A stretch of DNA of 64,000 nucleotides from Raillietiella orientalis. Lineage: Eukaryota. The notes under the pieces were generated by a model. That model saw only the letters and a list, made by a program, of their open reading frames with translations. It did not search any database and was not told the DNA's origin. The stretch covers positions 1,302,001 through 1,366,000 of the forward strand of contig JAYWIR010000024.1 of NCBI GenBank assembly GCA_036172245.1. Reading direction: 5' to 3'. The position numbers and the translations under genes were made by a program. Positions within the stretch are counted from its first letter, which is position 1, and the number at the start of each line of letters is the position of its first letter. Below are positions 22,300-34,100 of the stretch, one piece after another.

Positions 22300-24700
22300 T
22301 GGGTCAAGGAGAAGACGGGACACAGAAGCCACCGTCGACAAGGCAGGAGGAACAGGAAGGGCTTTTCGCGTTTTCGAGATTTCTCAGCATCCTTGTGAGG
22401 GAGCAGACCCGGTGGTGTTTCTCACCCCTCAGCATCGTTGGCCGTCTTGTTTGGACGCACAAGGATGGCCCTCCCACAGGATCTCGGGCTCCTCGACGAG
22501 GTGTCTGGACTTCAGCGGACGCATCGACATCGCCCTGCTCATGCGGGAGAGAGGCGCACACATGCCCGACAGGTAGTCATCACAGGGTCCGGTGCCTCCT
22601 CAGGAATGGTGCATGTCTGCTCCTTCTCCTCCTCATCAACACCACCTTCTCTGTCTTTCCCTTCTTCCATTCCTCCTCTTCCTCCTCCTTGCAGCACACT
22701 CTACAGAGCGCCGTGCAAAGGAGACCCCAGAAGATACTATCAACCGGAAGCATGCGATTCGTGGTCCATCGTACTCAGCTGCAATTCCTTGGATCGGTGC
22801 AGCGGGTGTCCACCTGTTTCTGTCGAGCGCCTCTCGTCCCTCCTTCCGATAGCCTGTCCCCTCCAGCACCCTCCTTGCCCTTGCCCTGACAGATCGCAAG
22901 CAGCTGCGAGCAGCCAGGAGATCTCTCATAGTTTGGAGCGACGAGTTTCTGAACCACAGTCCGCACGGAGCTGTTGGCGCCACTTGCAAACATCCTGAAG
23001 GGCCGCTCCCGTCAGTCGGCGCCAGCCCTCCTCCGCCACCGGTGGTTCGGGAGGCCCCTTCATCGATCGGGTGGCTGCCCTGGTTGCCGGGGACAATCGC
23101 CAGACGCACCGCTTCGGCGAGGTGCAGCCGCAGGATCGCCAGCTCACCTCTTCGTACGGCTGCCGCAGAGCCCGCCTCGGGTCCGCCTCCTTTCCCGAGC
23201 ACTTCCCAGCGCCCCAGGGGTGCTCCCGAGGGGCCGGCGGCGACGCTCACAAGAGACCCCTTGCGTCGGTGCCTTCGACCGGTTGTGGAGCACGCCGCTG
23301 GGCGCGCACGAGAGGGCGCCGCACGCAGCGATCCGACTCGGCACCTCATCCCAGACGCGGCTTCTTCGACGGTGTCGCGGACGGTCCGAGGTCCGCTGCC
23401 CTGATCGGGGAGGTGGCTGGGGTCTCCGCGTGGTCGAGCGTGTGGCCACGGCTTCTCGCCGGTGATCAGGGTGTGCGGAGCGTGGCTGCGCCGAGGATTG
23501 CGCGCACCGCGGGCTTCCGCGTCACGGCCGCGTCGAACGTGCCTTGGCGGACGAGGCTTTCAAGAACGGCCGAAGAGCACGGACCGCCCCCCAGCCGCCG
23601 TCCTGGGATCGGTCAGGTGCAGTGCGAGCTGCACGACCAGACAGCGACGGGACAGCTCAGCCAGGCAAACGAGAAACCAACCGCCGTAGAGAGACTTGGG
23701 ATGGTGCGCCCGAAGGCGCCAACGAGGTGCCTTCGGGAGCCCAGCACAGCCAGGGCGTCTGCTATCTGGGAGCACCTGCCAGGGCGCCCTCTGCGCGGCC
23801 GCGTAGCTGGGCTGTCCCAGAAGACTGCCAACCCACAGTCCCGCAGATGATCGAGGCTCGACGCGGTAGCAGGTGACCAAGAAAGGTTTCGAGCCCTTGA
23901 GGCGACCTGCCCCACCTCGACAAGGAACGTCTCCTGGGCTGCCTCACTCCTGGGCATTGGACTCTTGGCCAACAATTTCCCTACCCTGGGTCCCCTCGCG
24001 CTGTCGGCACAGGCATCACCGGACGAGAGGGTGAGAGGCAACACGTCGTCGTCCCGGAACGGTGCCTGGACTACCTGCTCCTGAACTGCGAGTTCCCCCG
24101 CGGCGGATGGCCAAGAGTGGCAGCAGGCCCACAGGGCACCCGGTCACTTCGCCCCGCCCTCGATGAGGGGGCGACAGGATGGCACCGCGCCTCCGTCCGG
24201 GAATCAAGGGGGGGGGGCGCCGCCTCCCGCAGTGAGGGAGGCTACGAGATAGGCGCAGCCCAGAAACCCAGTGACCTTCCCCGTCCTCTGACCTCGGCCA
24301 TTTCCCGGAGACGGCGACTGTTCGCTCCCGGAGTTTCATCCCCATACCGCGTATTTGTTTGTGTATTTTCGTCTTCTGTTGGCCCCTCGCTGTCTCCCCC
24401 TCCCCGTACCGAGAGCATTTTTCTCTTGATCGTCAATGTTTCCCGAATCGCGCCTCCAGGGCACGCGAACCCGTTTGGGATGGGCGTCCCGGAACTACCA
24501 AGCTTGTGGCAAAGAGGAAGCAGGAAACGCCCTGAGACGGCTTTGAAAGCAAAGGCCTGGGTAGGCGACCCTCGGAAGTCCCCGAGGACGCACTAGAAGA
24601 CGTATTGATCCCGCGTCGAGGTGCCGGACTTGGGACTTGATCTCTCGGAAAATAGAAAACCAGGTCCACGACTTCCTGCGGGGGCGTGCCAGCGTCCCCA
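22300..24700 (-). mobile_element. Decayed L1/Tx1-like element: ORF1 zinc-knuckle remnant plus ORF2 APE
   Basis: Frameshifted CFL-CHKLG near 24530-24495 (CCHC-knuckle-like), then LTLSS...AAQETFL (ORF 23613-24044), GLAVFW and PLGRWEVL, then an LLPHKD/LRNLEN RT-start remnant near 22400. Confidence 0.65.
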
Positions 24701-26899
24701 AGGGCAAGGTTTTCCGGCGCGCTCGGATGGCTGTCCGGGTATAGCGACTCCGTTTCCCCGACTCCGTTTTCCAGGACGAAGTTTTCGGGATTCTCTTCCT
24801 GAGGGCTCGGCTTGACCGGAGTGGGAAAATCCTTGGATCTCCTGCCGGCCAGCGGAGTGAAGCGCGCGGCTACGGGGAGCTGCGGACACCTCAGGCACGG
24901 GTCTAGCTGACCATTCTGCTATCTCTTCTCATCCAACGTCTCAGGGCGTGTCCCCTGCAGGAGGTGGGATGCGATTCCAAGAAGTGGGTCCGCGCCAACT
25001 CGCGGTCCTCTCCCTGCGAGAGGTGGAGGGGACTCGCATCCGGGGAACCCGTCCTGCGGCTCTGCCACGTCTCCCGGGAGTGCTGCGCGCAGCGTCGAGC
25101 GTCGCACGTCGTCGCCGCCCATCGTCCAGGACCGTCCGGGAAGTTCTCCCGGGACTACCTCCCGGGTTCCAGGTCTCCGGGGCTCCTACAGCGGTGGCTC
25201 TCGCTCGCTTCTTTTCCTAGAGTCTCCCGAGGCGCGGGAAGTTCTCTCAGGACGTGGCTTTCCCGTCAGGGGCAGTCGCGCGCCTCCTCGCAGGGAGGGA
25301 GCGCGAGAACTGGCCGGACCCCCACCGCAGCAGTGGGGAGACCTACAGACGGCTGCGGGATGGACGAGCTGGCTGATGAGGCTCCTGCTGCGCGGGGCTC
25401 GTTCCGCGTCCTGTCCTCAGATGGCAGCACGCGCACCCGTCGAGCGATCCGCTGGCGTCGCGCCGCCTCGAACGGCGCCCGGGAGCGGGGAAAACGGAGC
25501 CATCGTTCGCCCACACCCGCTTCTGTACCACGGCACTCCGTAGGGCGCCGTGGTCGACCGCAGAGCTGCTACTCTCGGAGGGACCTTCTGCCTGCCAGCT
25601 TGCCGCCGCCGCCGCTATGCCGCGCTGCGCCCAGGGTCGCGGCTGCCCGCTACTCATCGTATGTACGCTGCAAAAGACCCGGTGGGGGTACTCTCCTCCC
25701 ATCCTCCTCACGCATTCATTCACCCATTTATCTTTCATCCGCTCATTCATTGTTTCACTCATTTATTTATGCATCGATTTGTTTTTCATTGATTGATCTA
25801 TTCATTCATTGGTCCTTTATCTTTAACTGTTCCTCTCGTTTCTCCATTCCGGTCTCAGCTGACCTTCCCCCCCCCCTCCCCCTCCCCCTCCTCCCCCGTT
25901 CTCCGAACTCCGATTGTTGCGCGGAGACGAATCGGCAACTTGGCGTGTTTGTTTTTGGGGCCGGTTGCATCCGGCCCTGAATGCCGTGTGTAACCAGAGC
26001 CCACGCCTCCCTCCAAGCACGGCTGTTTGCTCTTGGGGATCTTGGAATCTTCCCACCCCGCCCTCACCCCCATCGAAATGGCGAAGTCCTGAAAGGGAGT
26101 GGGGGAGGGGGATCGGAGACGCCTTGGCCGCGTGCCGTTCGCATGCGAGGAGTAATGTCGTCAAGGATTCCGCCCGGCACGGCAGGCAGCGGTCATCCTA
26201 CCCGGCGATACCCCCCTCGCAGCCTCCACTCCCTCAAAAGTGTCCTCCCGGAGGGGCTGGAAGCCCGCAGTCGCTCACAGGCTCACCTGCGTGACAACGG
26301 CGGGCCGCCGTTCCCAAAGTCGATGAAGCCACCGCCGAACGTTCCCGCACCCTGCTAGGAGAGGTGCAGAGCGCCCGAGGAGGCGGGTGAGGCCCGGAAA
26401 TTCGAACCCCGTCGCTAAGAGACGTGGTCATCGAAAGCTTCTCCTCCACTTCGCCGGAGGGAGCGAGCCATCTTGCAGCGGGGGTCGACCCCGCCCGGAC
26501 CGGGTGTTCCGCGGAAGAGAGTGGTGCCGCCAACGCGTCCGGCGTTTGCGCCCGCCCGCCGGAGAGAACTCGGCGACGGTGCTGCAGGAAGTCCGACGGA
26601 CGAAAGACGGCGGTGGCCAAGCTTCTCCCTCCCTCTACCAGAAGGGAGCCGGAAGCCGCGGAGCCCGGGAAGGGCACGGAGAGGGGGAGGCGGGACGCAT
26701 CGACAAGCAGCGCAGCCCGACGACGTCCTCGTCGGATGGCTGGAGGGCGGAAGCTGCGGAGCATCTCCTCCTGCATCCCTCAGCACGCATGGCGCGCACG
26801 CGCCCAGATCGGGCAGCGGCCGAGGAGAAAGCGGCAGCTGCGCCAATCGGAAGGGCCCCTCCCTCCGGCGAGCCCGCCGTCTCGGAGCCGCCAGCCTTC

Positions 26900-28405
26900 G
26901 CGCCAGGCGTCTCTTCCGATGGTCAGCGGGTCGCCTCGCCCTTGCGTGAGGAGCGGCCCCGCGGCTCGTCTCTTCGGTGCCACAAGTTCGGCCCGATAGC
27001 CCTGATGTCCCTCCAAGAAGGCGGGAGAGGAGGCCTCTTTACGAAGACGCACGCGGGCGGTTCCCATGGAGGTAAGGAAGACGGGCAAGGAAAACCGAGG
27101 GCTTTCCGGACCCTCAGGGAGCCAGAGGCAAGCTTCAGGTTTCCTCTTCCTTTCCTATTCCCTCCTTCCTCCTCTCCTCTTCCTCTTTCTCTTCCCTTCC
27201 TTCTCCCTCGCTGCCTCCTTCGCTAGCTGCTCGCGACCTCCGCGCGTTCCCGCAGCCGAAGATCTAAACGGGAACACCAATGCGCCAGGAAGGCGCCCTC
27301 TAATGCTCCGCGCTCCTCCGAAGGGGGAGGAAGGAGCGGAGGCGAGTGGGAGCGACGTTCAACGACGGCGCTTCCCCCTCCGGTCTTCCCGACAGAGTCG
27401 ACAGCGGTTCCCTCGCTCCTGCACGGAATCCTCTCGACTCGGGGAAGTCCCGGGACTTCCCCGCAAGCCGCGAGTCCCAACCACTGGTGCGTTCCTGCAC
27501 GTCCCCCCCCCCGTGGATGGACGCCCTTCCTTCCTGGTGTACCGCCTCCGGGAGGTGGCCGACTGCGGGATACCAGCCGGCCGGTCGGCCACAATGCTGG
27601 AGAAGGAGCACCGCCGGATGTCCCCCCCTCCAGCTGGAGCACCTGGCTGCAGGAAGCAGCTGGGGCCCGCGGACGAAGGGCGACGAGTTCCCGGCCCGGA
27701 GAGTTGGAACAGTCCTGTTCTCTCTCTGCTAGATGTGGAAGATCCTGGAAACTTCCGGCGTGAGCGCGTGGTCGGAATGCACCCTCCTCCCCCCCATTCT
27801 CCCTTGCCGCAGCTTCCCTCCCTACGGGAGGAGAATGGCGAGGTGGGGACGCATCTTGAGACATCACAGGAGAGAAAAACGAAGTGGTTGGACTTCGCCA
27901 CATCCGACTGATGCTGCGACCCCGAGAGCCCCACCACGTGGGCCTCCCCGCTGGGGAGAGCTGCTGGAAATCCCCCGCGACGGTCCCATGTGACTCCCGG
28001 TGTTCTTGGACGGTCACGCCAGCCCCCTCAAGAGGCAGGGATCGTCGTGCTTGCGGCGCGGCAGCGGGACCTCCCATGCAACGTTCGCTGGCGTCGCTAG
28101 ACCCGAAGGAGAGCAGGCCCGGACGTCGTTCCCACACCTGCTGATGGACTGTGCTGCCCTCCGGCCCCTATGGGAACGTTTCGCCACGACCCTCTACTTC
28201 CCGCCTGGCTCCCTCAGGGACGTTGCCGCATGCGAGACGCGGCTCCTTGAGGGACTCCGGCAGCCCGAAGCGAAGCTGAAAGAGGGCGGGACCGAAGGGC
28301 CTCCATCCGCTGCGCTACTCGCCTCAAGCAATGCCCAAAAGGCTAAATTTAAATGAATAATGTAGAATTTTAAAAATAAAAACCCCGCCTTATCCGGGTG
28401 AAAAA
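26900..28405 (+). mobile_element. L1/Tx1-like ORF2 3' half relic with terminal motif
   Basis: LMSLQEGGRGGL (about 27000), PHLLMDCAALRPLWERF (zinc-finger C-terminal half, about 28130), and AATAAAAACCCCGCCTTATCCGGGTGAAAAACT (28375-28407). Confidence 0.7.
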
Positions 28406-28429
28406 CTCGCCTCCAGCGGCCACTGGCCA

Positions 28430-28740
28430 GATTGTGGCCCCGCCTGGGGAGCGCTCAGGAGGAACTTGAGGAGGCGTCCTGGAAAGGATGCGGGTGGGAC
28501 GCCCCCAAGCAGGCTGCGAACTCTTCCCGTGCCCCCCTACGTTTCATTTATCTGGTTTTTTATTTCATTTCATTTTTCCTGCCCCCCCCCCCTTCCCCCC
28601 GCTGCACCGCGGCGGACCTTGCTGGTCCTCGCACCGGCAGCTCGGCAGGTTTTCCGTGGTGTGGACGGGCGCGGTAGGACCAAGTGGCCTACCACTACTT
28701 TTCCGAGCTTTTTAGCGAGCGCCTCCGGCGTGACCGGGCG
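28430..28740 (+). mobile_element. Additional 5'-truncated 3' end of the same LINE family
   Basis: TGGCCCC...GGAACTTG...TCCTGGAAAGGATGC matches 45597-45652. It is followed by a pyrimidine tract, CTCGGCAGG, GGTAGGACC..GGCCTACC and CCGGCGTGACCGGG. Confidence 0.7.
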
Positions 28741-31157
28741 GCGACGCCGGACGGAACGCCTTCCCGGCGTGCGCCAGCTCCTCGCCAAAGACGAGGCCGC
28801 TGGGAAAGGTCGAGGGGACGGCGGGGACTGCAGGAAATCTCCTTCCCCTTTTCCCCCGGGCGCGCCTCCCTCTCCTTCGAAGGACGGCGGGCCGCGAAAA
28901 GGGCCTCCTCCTCCCCCTCTTGCCTGCTTGCCCCCTGCCTCGAGGCCGTGCGCGCGCAGCTGCGAGGCCGCCCCGGACCTCCCAGCGGGCGGAGGAATCT
29001 CTGGCGCGACCGCGTCCCGGCAGGAGGGAGAAGGAAGAAAAAAAAGGCGCCCCCGGGACGGGGCGGGGCTGTCGAACCTCGGGAGGGAGGGGAAGGGAAA
29101 GGGTGAAAATCCCGTGTCCCGGAGGTCGGTCGCACCTCCCTACCTCCCCCCGCGCTCTCTCCTGCTGGAATCCGTCGCCGAGGCAACGGCGGCCGCAGCA
29201 CCAGGGGAGCCCTTGGGGACGCGGTGTTTCCACCGCTTCGCCTCGGGCGCCTCTCTCCTGACGGCGGCGAAAGCCCCGAAGCCCTCCGCCCGCCTGGGGG
29301 ACGGGGAACGGGAAAACGCGTCTCGACGTCGCCGAGCTCCCGTTCTGGGGTGGAGGGGGCGACGCGAGCGCTCCTCGCGGCAAAGCACGCGCGTCCCTCC
29401 AGAGCGCCGACCGACAGCGGAACGCTGGAGACCCTCGTCCGGGTGACCTGCCCACGGCACGCCTGGAGGAGCGGCGGCGGCTCTCCAGGGGCTGTTCCAC
29501 GCCCTCGCCCTTCTCGTTTTCCCTCTCCCTCGTCATCCCGGCAGGGTGTCCGCTTTCTAAATCCGTCCGAAGGCCGGTGGGAAGGGAACCGCCGACCTTG
29601 CCCGTTTCCTTGAGCTTCCACGCTCGAGAGGTCCATCTTCTTCGTCTTCTTTTTGTGCTGCTCCTGCTGCCGTTGCAGCATCCCCCATCCCCCCCTCCCC
29701 CTTCAGTGTGTGCGTACGTGTGCGTGTGCGCGCCCGCGCGCGTTTTTCCTTTTGCAACATCTAGCAACCCTGGAGCTCCGGCAGGGCGCGCCACGCTCAT
29801 GACTCGGCGGCGTGGCCTTCGGACGACCCTCGCGCTTCCTGGCCGCCCCACGCCCACCCCAGGAAGGGATGCGGCGGCGAGAGGCAGGGTGGGACCGTTC
29901 CCGAGTAGGAGGAGGAGGGACTCTCGCACGCCCTGACCTTCGCTATCCGGGGGAGGGCAGAGGGCAGAAGTGCCGCGGCAGCTGAGGCGCCAGCAGCAGC
30001 GGTGGGCGCGGCCTGCGACCGAATTCCGTGGGCGTGTCCCCGCGATGCCTCCGGGGATGCTGCCGCCGCTGGGCCAAGGTCCCCCTCCCTCTCCCACCGA
30101 ACAGGGATGACGAGGAAGGAGGAAAAGGCCTTCGTGGGCGAGCTCCCAAGCGGGCGCGTATGCGAACGAGTCCCCCGAGGCTAGAGAAAACCTCCTCCCC
30201 CCCTCCCCAGTCCCCAAGGACTCCTATCGGCTGGGCTTCCTCCTTGTCCTCTTCCAGGAGCTCGTGCAGGTCCCCAGTGGAACAGAGACTTCTCTCCCTC
30301 AGGGAGGGAATGAGGACGACTCTCCCTCCCCCTCCCCCACGAGCGACACGAGGAAGAGGAACTGACGACTGCTCGGCTCGGAGCTGCCTCCGCCGTGAAA
30401 CTTTCTGAGACGGTCGGCAGATGGCAGCACCACCTGCTTTTCATCCGCTGTCGCGTCATGCCCGAGGAAGAGAGGTTGAGAGTTTGGGGAGCAGGGTGAT
30501 GAGGAGTGCCTCGGGGTAGGGAGGAGGCGAAAGGGTTACGCACCGGGGGGCTTTTCTGCGCCGAGGGATGAGATCGACGCCTTCTCAGCGAGCGATCGCG
30601 CGGACCAGGAACGCAGGAGGAGAAGGTGCTTTACCGACCGGGGGGGGAGAGAAAGAGGGAGCGACGGGGAGAGGGGGTGATTTGAGGAGGGGGGGAGTGC
30701 GCCGGCTCCACCCCTCTCCGCTCACCTTGCGCAGCGGCGGCGGCGGCGGGCGTCATTGGCCTCCAACCTCGCCTGCTCAGAAGGGGAAAGTGGCGGAACA
30801 GAGCGTGCGCGTCGGGATGCGGCCCCCGTGCGCCCGAGGAGCGCTTCTCGCCCATTGAGGCACGAATGCCCCCAGCAAGAGTTCTGGGTCTCCGCAGGTG
30901 TCGCTTCGGGTCGGTGAGAGCCGGGGGGGCGAACCCTTCCTTCCTCCCCCGGGTCCCGTGCAACTCCAACGCGTTCCGGGCGTGGAGGATCCTGAAGCAC
31001 GCAGAGCACCGGCCCCGCGCGGCCTCCCCCCGGGAAGCAGGGGCGGAGCAGGGTAAAAGGCCATCTTGGACCTCTTTCCTCCCGCCGCCCACCCGCTTTC
31101 CTGCGTTTTTTTTATATTCCTTTCTTTTCTTTTTTTTATTGGGCGATCCGCGGGCTG

Positions 31158-34100
31158 TCAGGCGCGGGAGGAGCGCCGCCCGCGCTGGCGCAGGAGCTGG
31201 TAGTAGGAGAGCACCACCAGGAGGCAGTAGAGCCAGAAGAGGAAGGTGGCGGCAGCGACGGCGGCGATGAGGATGAAGGCCGCGGCGATGTCGGCGCGTA
31301 CCGCCAGGATGACGGCAATGACGACGGCGGCGACGAGCAGCCCCAGCTGCAGTACAGTGAAGGCCATCCATGGCAGGAAGAGGGTCTTCTTAGCCTGGGG
31401 GCGGGCAGGTTGGGGGGGAGCGCGGGCAGGAGGGCGGTTCACTTACCACACGGATGCCGTGGAGGAATACGGCACTCACCACCAGGTAGAGGATGGACAC
31501 CACCAGTGCCACCACGGAGGCTCCGTGCAGGGCTGCAAAGGGCAGGAGGTCACACAGGAGGAAGGGGTGCGTCCGCCTCGCGGAGGAGGAGGAGGAGCAG
31601 AGAGGGCGCGCACGGCCGCGGAAGGGAGCCCCGAGGGTTTTTTTTTTTCCCCCACGGGCCTGCCGCCTCCGCGCCTGACCTCGGGACAAGCGGGCGCAGT
31701 GACCTCGTGCTGCGAGGCACCTCCGCTTTTTTGCCCCTCGTCCGGTCGCGGACGGGGAGGGGGAGGGCTTCCGGGTCATGGCCGAGACCCGAGAACGGCT
31801 GCCCTGCCCCGCGTCCCGCGGGCGACCGGGACCCGGCAGCGTCCGGGAAAAAGGGCAGGTCGCCTCCCGGATCCGAAAAGACGGAGGACTTAGCCTTACG
31901 CACGCCGCGGAGGGAGCCTCGAGCCCCTCTTGGTCCTCGCGCTTCGCGCCTGCGCGGAGGGAAACCGCGAAAGACTCGCTCTTGGCCACCGCCAGGGGGC
32001 AGGGAGAGGAGGTCCACGGCACTCCGGATTGCGACGCGCTTGCTCCGTTACCATAACCACGGAAATCCGGGAGCGTCCTCTCCCCTCCCCCCCTCCCACC
32101 CGTTTCGGTCCACGACTGGAAAAAATCCGCCTCTTCGCGGAGGCTTCCGGTTGCGGCGGAGTCGAGCTGACCCGACGAGAGCGCTCCCACCCGCGCCGAT
32201 CGACCGTCCGTCATTGCTTAGGAAACGCCTCAGGTTCCCCGTGCCGCGTCCCGCTTCCTCTGGGGCGGCAGCAGAAGCCTTCTCCCCACGGACCGCAGCG
32301 CCACCTCTCGGCCGTGAGCGGGGAACTTTCGAGAGAACTGCTGTCCCCGGAGGGCGGGGCACCATCCCGGCAGCGGGAGGCGTTGGCCCCGGGGGGGAGG
32401 GGGGGAGAGGACAAGGCAGAAACGCACCATGGAGGGAGGACCGCTGACGACCCTTGCCTTCGGCGAGGGACTTTTGACGCCTCCGGCGACTTGAAGGTCT
32501 GGAAGTGCAGGACGTGACCCGGGAAGGAGGTCACCGCCTGCGACGCGACTCGCCGAGCCTGTCGAGGGCAACGCGCGCCTCTACCCCCTCCTCCTCCAAG
32601 TACAACTCCTCGCGAGGGAGCGACCAGCCGGGGTTTCCCCGCGATGAGCCGAAGAGACCCATCGTCCTCGTCCTCAGCGAAGAGGGGTGCGGCTGTGGAG
32701 GTTGCGGATGGAGGAGGAGGAAGGCGAGGGCACCATTCCCACCCCAGATTCAGCGACGAGGGCAGCAGGGCACGCCCTTAAGAAAATTAGGCGAGCAGGG
32801 CGCGCGGGCGTGGAACGCACCCGCGGGCGGGAGCCGCGCTGTGCCTGCCGTGCGCGCGCCACGCCTCCAGGCGGTCTTCGCGCAGAAGAGCAGGACGGGG
32901 GGAGCTGCTGCCATCTGCAGAGCTTGCTCTTCCGGGCAGCTCGGAAGGGCCGAGCGCGCCTTCCACTTGCAGGAGTGGTCGCCAATCCGCCGTCGAGGTG
33001 CAGGCGCCTCCGCTGCATGGACCACGAGGTTGCGTGCGCGTCAACGACCGCAGACGCAGGGGCTCCCGGAGAACAAGGAAGAGGACGACGCCTGCTGCTG
33101 CCGACCGTTGCACGGGGCCGCGACAGAGGTGAGCGCGTCCCACGTCCAGCCGTGAGAGGGCGCGAATCCCGGTGCTGACCGGAGAGGGCCGAGTCCACGA
33201 TCCCCGACATAACGGCTTCTTTTTTGTTTTCCCCCCTCCCTCTCCCTGCTACTCCTCCCGGAGATCTTCGCAGGACGTGGACGCGACGTGAGCGTTATTA
33301 TCCACTCCACGCTCAAGGGTCGTTGCTTCAAGGGTTCAACAATCCATCCTTTGGGATGGACTGTTGTCCATCCCAAAGGTGTCCGCAGGAAGAGAGAGCT
33401 GCATGTACTCCGTCCACTACACGAGGATTAACCGTTTTTCCCTTGCTGTTCCTCCCGAGTGTCTTTGTAAGACATGGACGCGATGTGAGCGTCGTCCACT
33501 ACATGCGGACCAACTGTTCTTTCCCTCGCTGCTCCTCTCGAAAGTCTTTCCAGGACGCGGACGCTGCGTGGGCTCTGTCCACTGCGCCCGCAACTGCCCC
33601 TCGCCTGAGGTGCGGAGGCGCCCGCTCGAGGACTGCTGCGACAGAGCGCCTTGGCGCGGAATTCGATCTCCGGGGGGGGTATCCGTTTGCTAATCTCAGT
33701 TTCCGCGAGAGTCCTAATCTACGAGGGGGACCACTTAGTGGAGGGGACACAGGATTTTTCTCCATGCTCCACCACACATACTTACTCATGTGAGACCAAA
33801 CGTCAACCCACTTGCGGAGACATGTGTGATCGTAAATGTCAAGCAGGCTGGGTGCGAAAAGCGTGTAGTTGCCTTCCTGGATGTGGGTTATCACGGACTC
33901 GCGCACGCATCCCGTGCCCTTGGAATCTTCGAGCAGAAGATTCCAGCTATCTGAGCAGCAAACAAGAGACAAATGAGAATTCGCTTCGTCTCGCCGTGGA
34001 GCGGAGGAGTGGGTGGGTACGAGTCAAGGCAGGAGAAGGAGGCGGACAGGAGGGATCGGCCGATTTCGCGTGGAGAGCGGGGAGGGAGCGCACGCGCCCC

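Noticed and set aside
28466..30217. Long ORFs (501, 328, 326 aa) and similar 250-350 aa ORFs across 1-3.7 kb and 24-47 kb
   Set aside because: They overlap in several frames, are R/G/P/A-rich with no domain motifs, and are expected from stop-codon scarcity in very GC-rich DNA.
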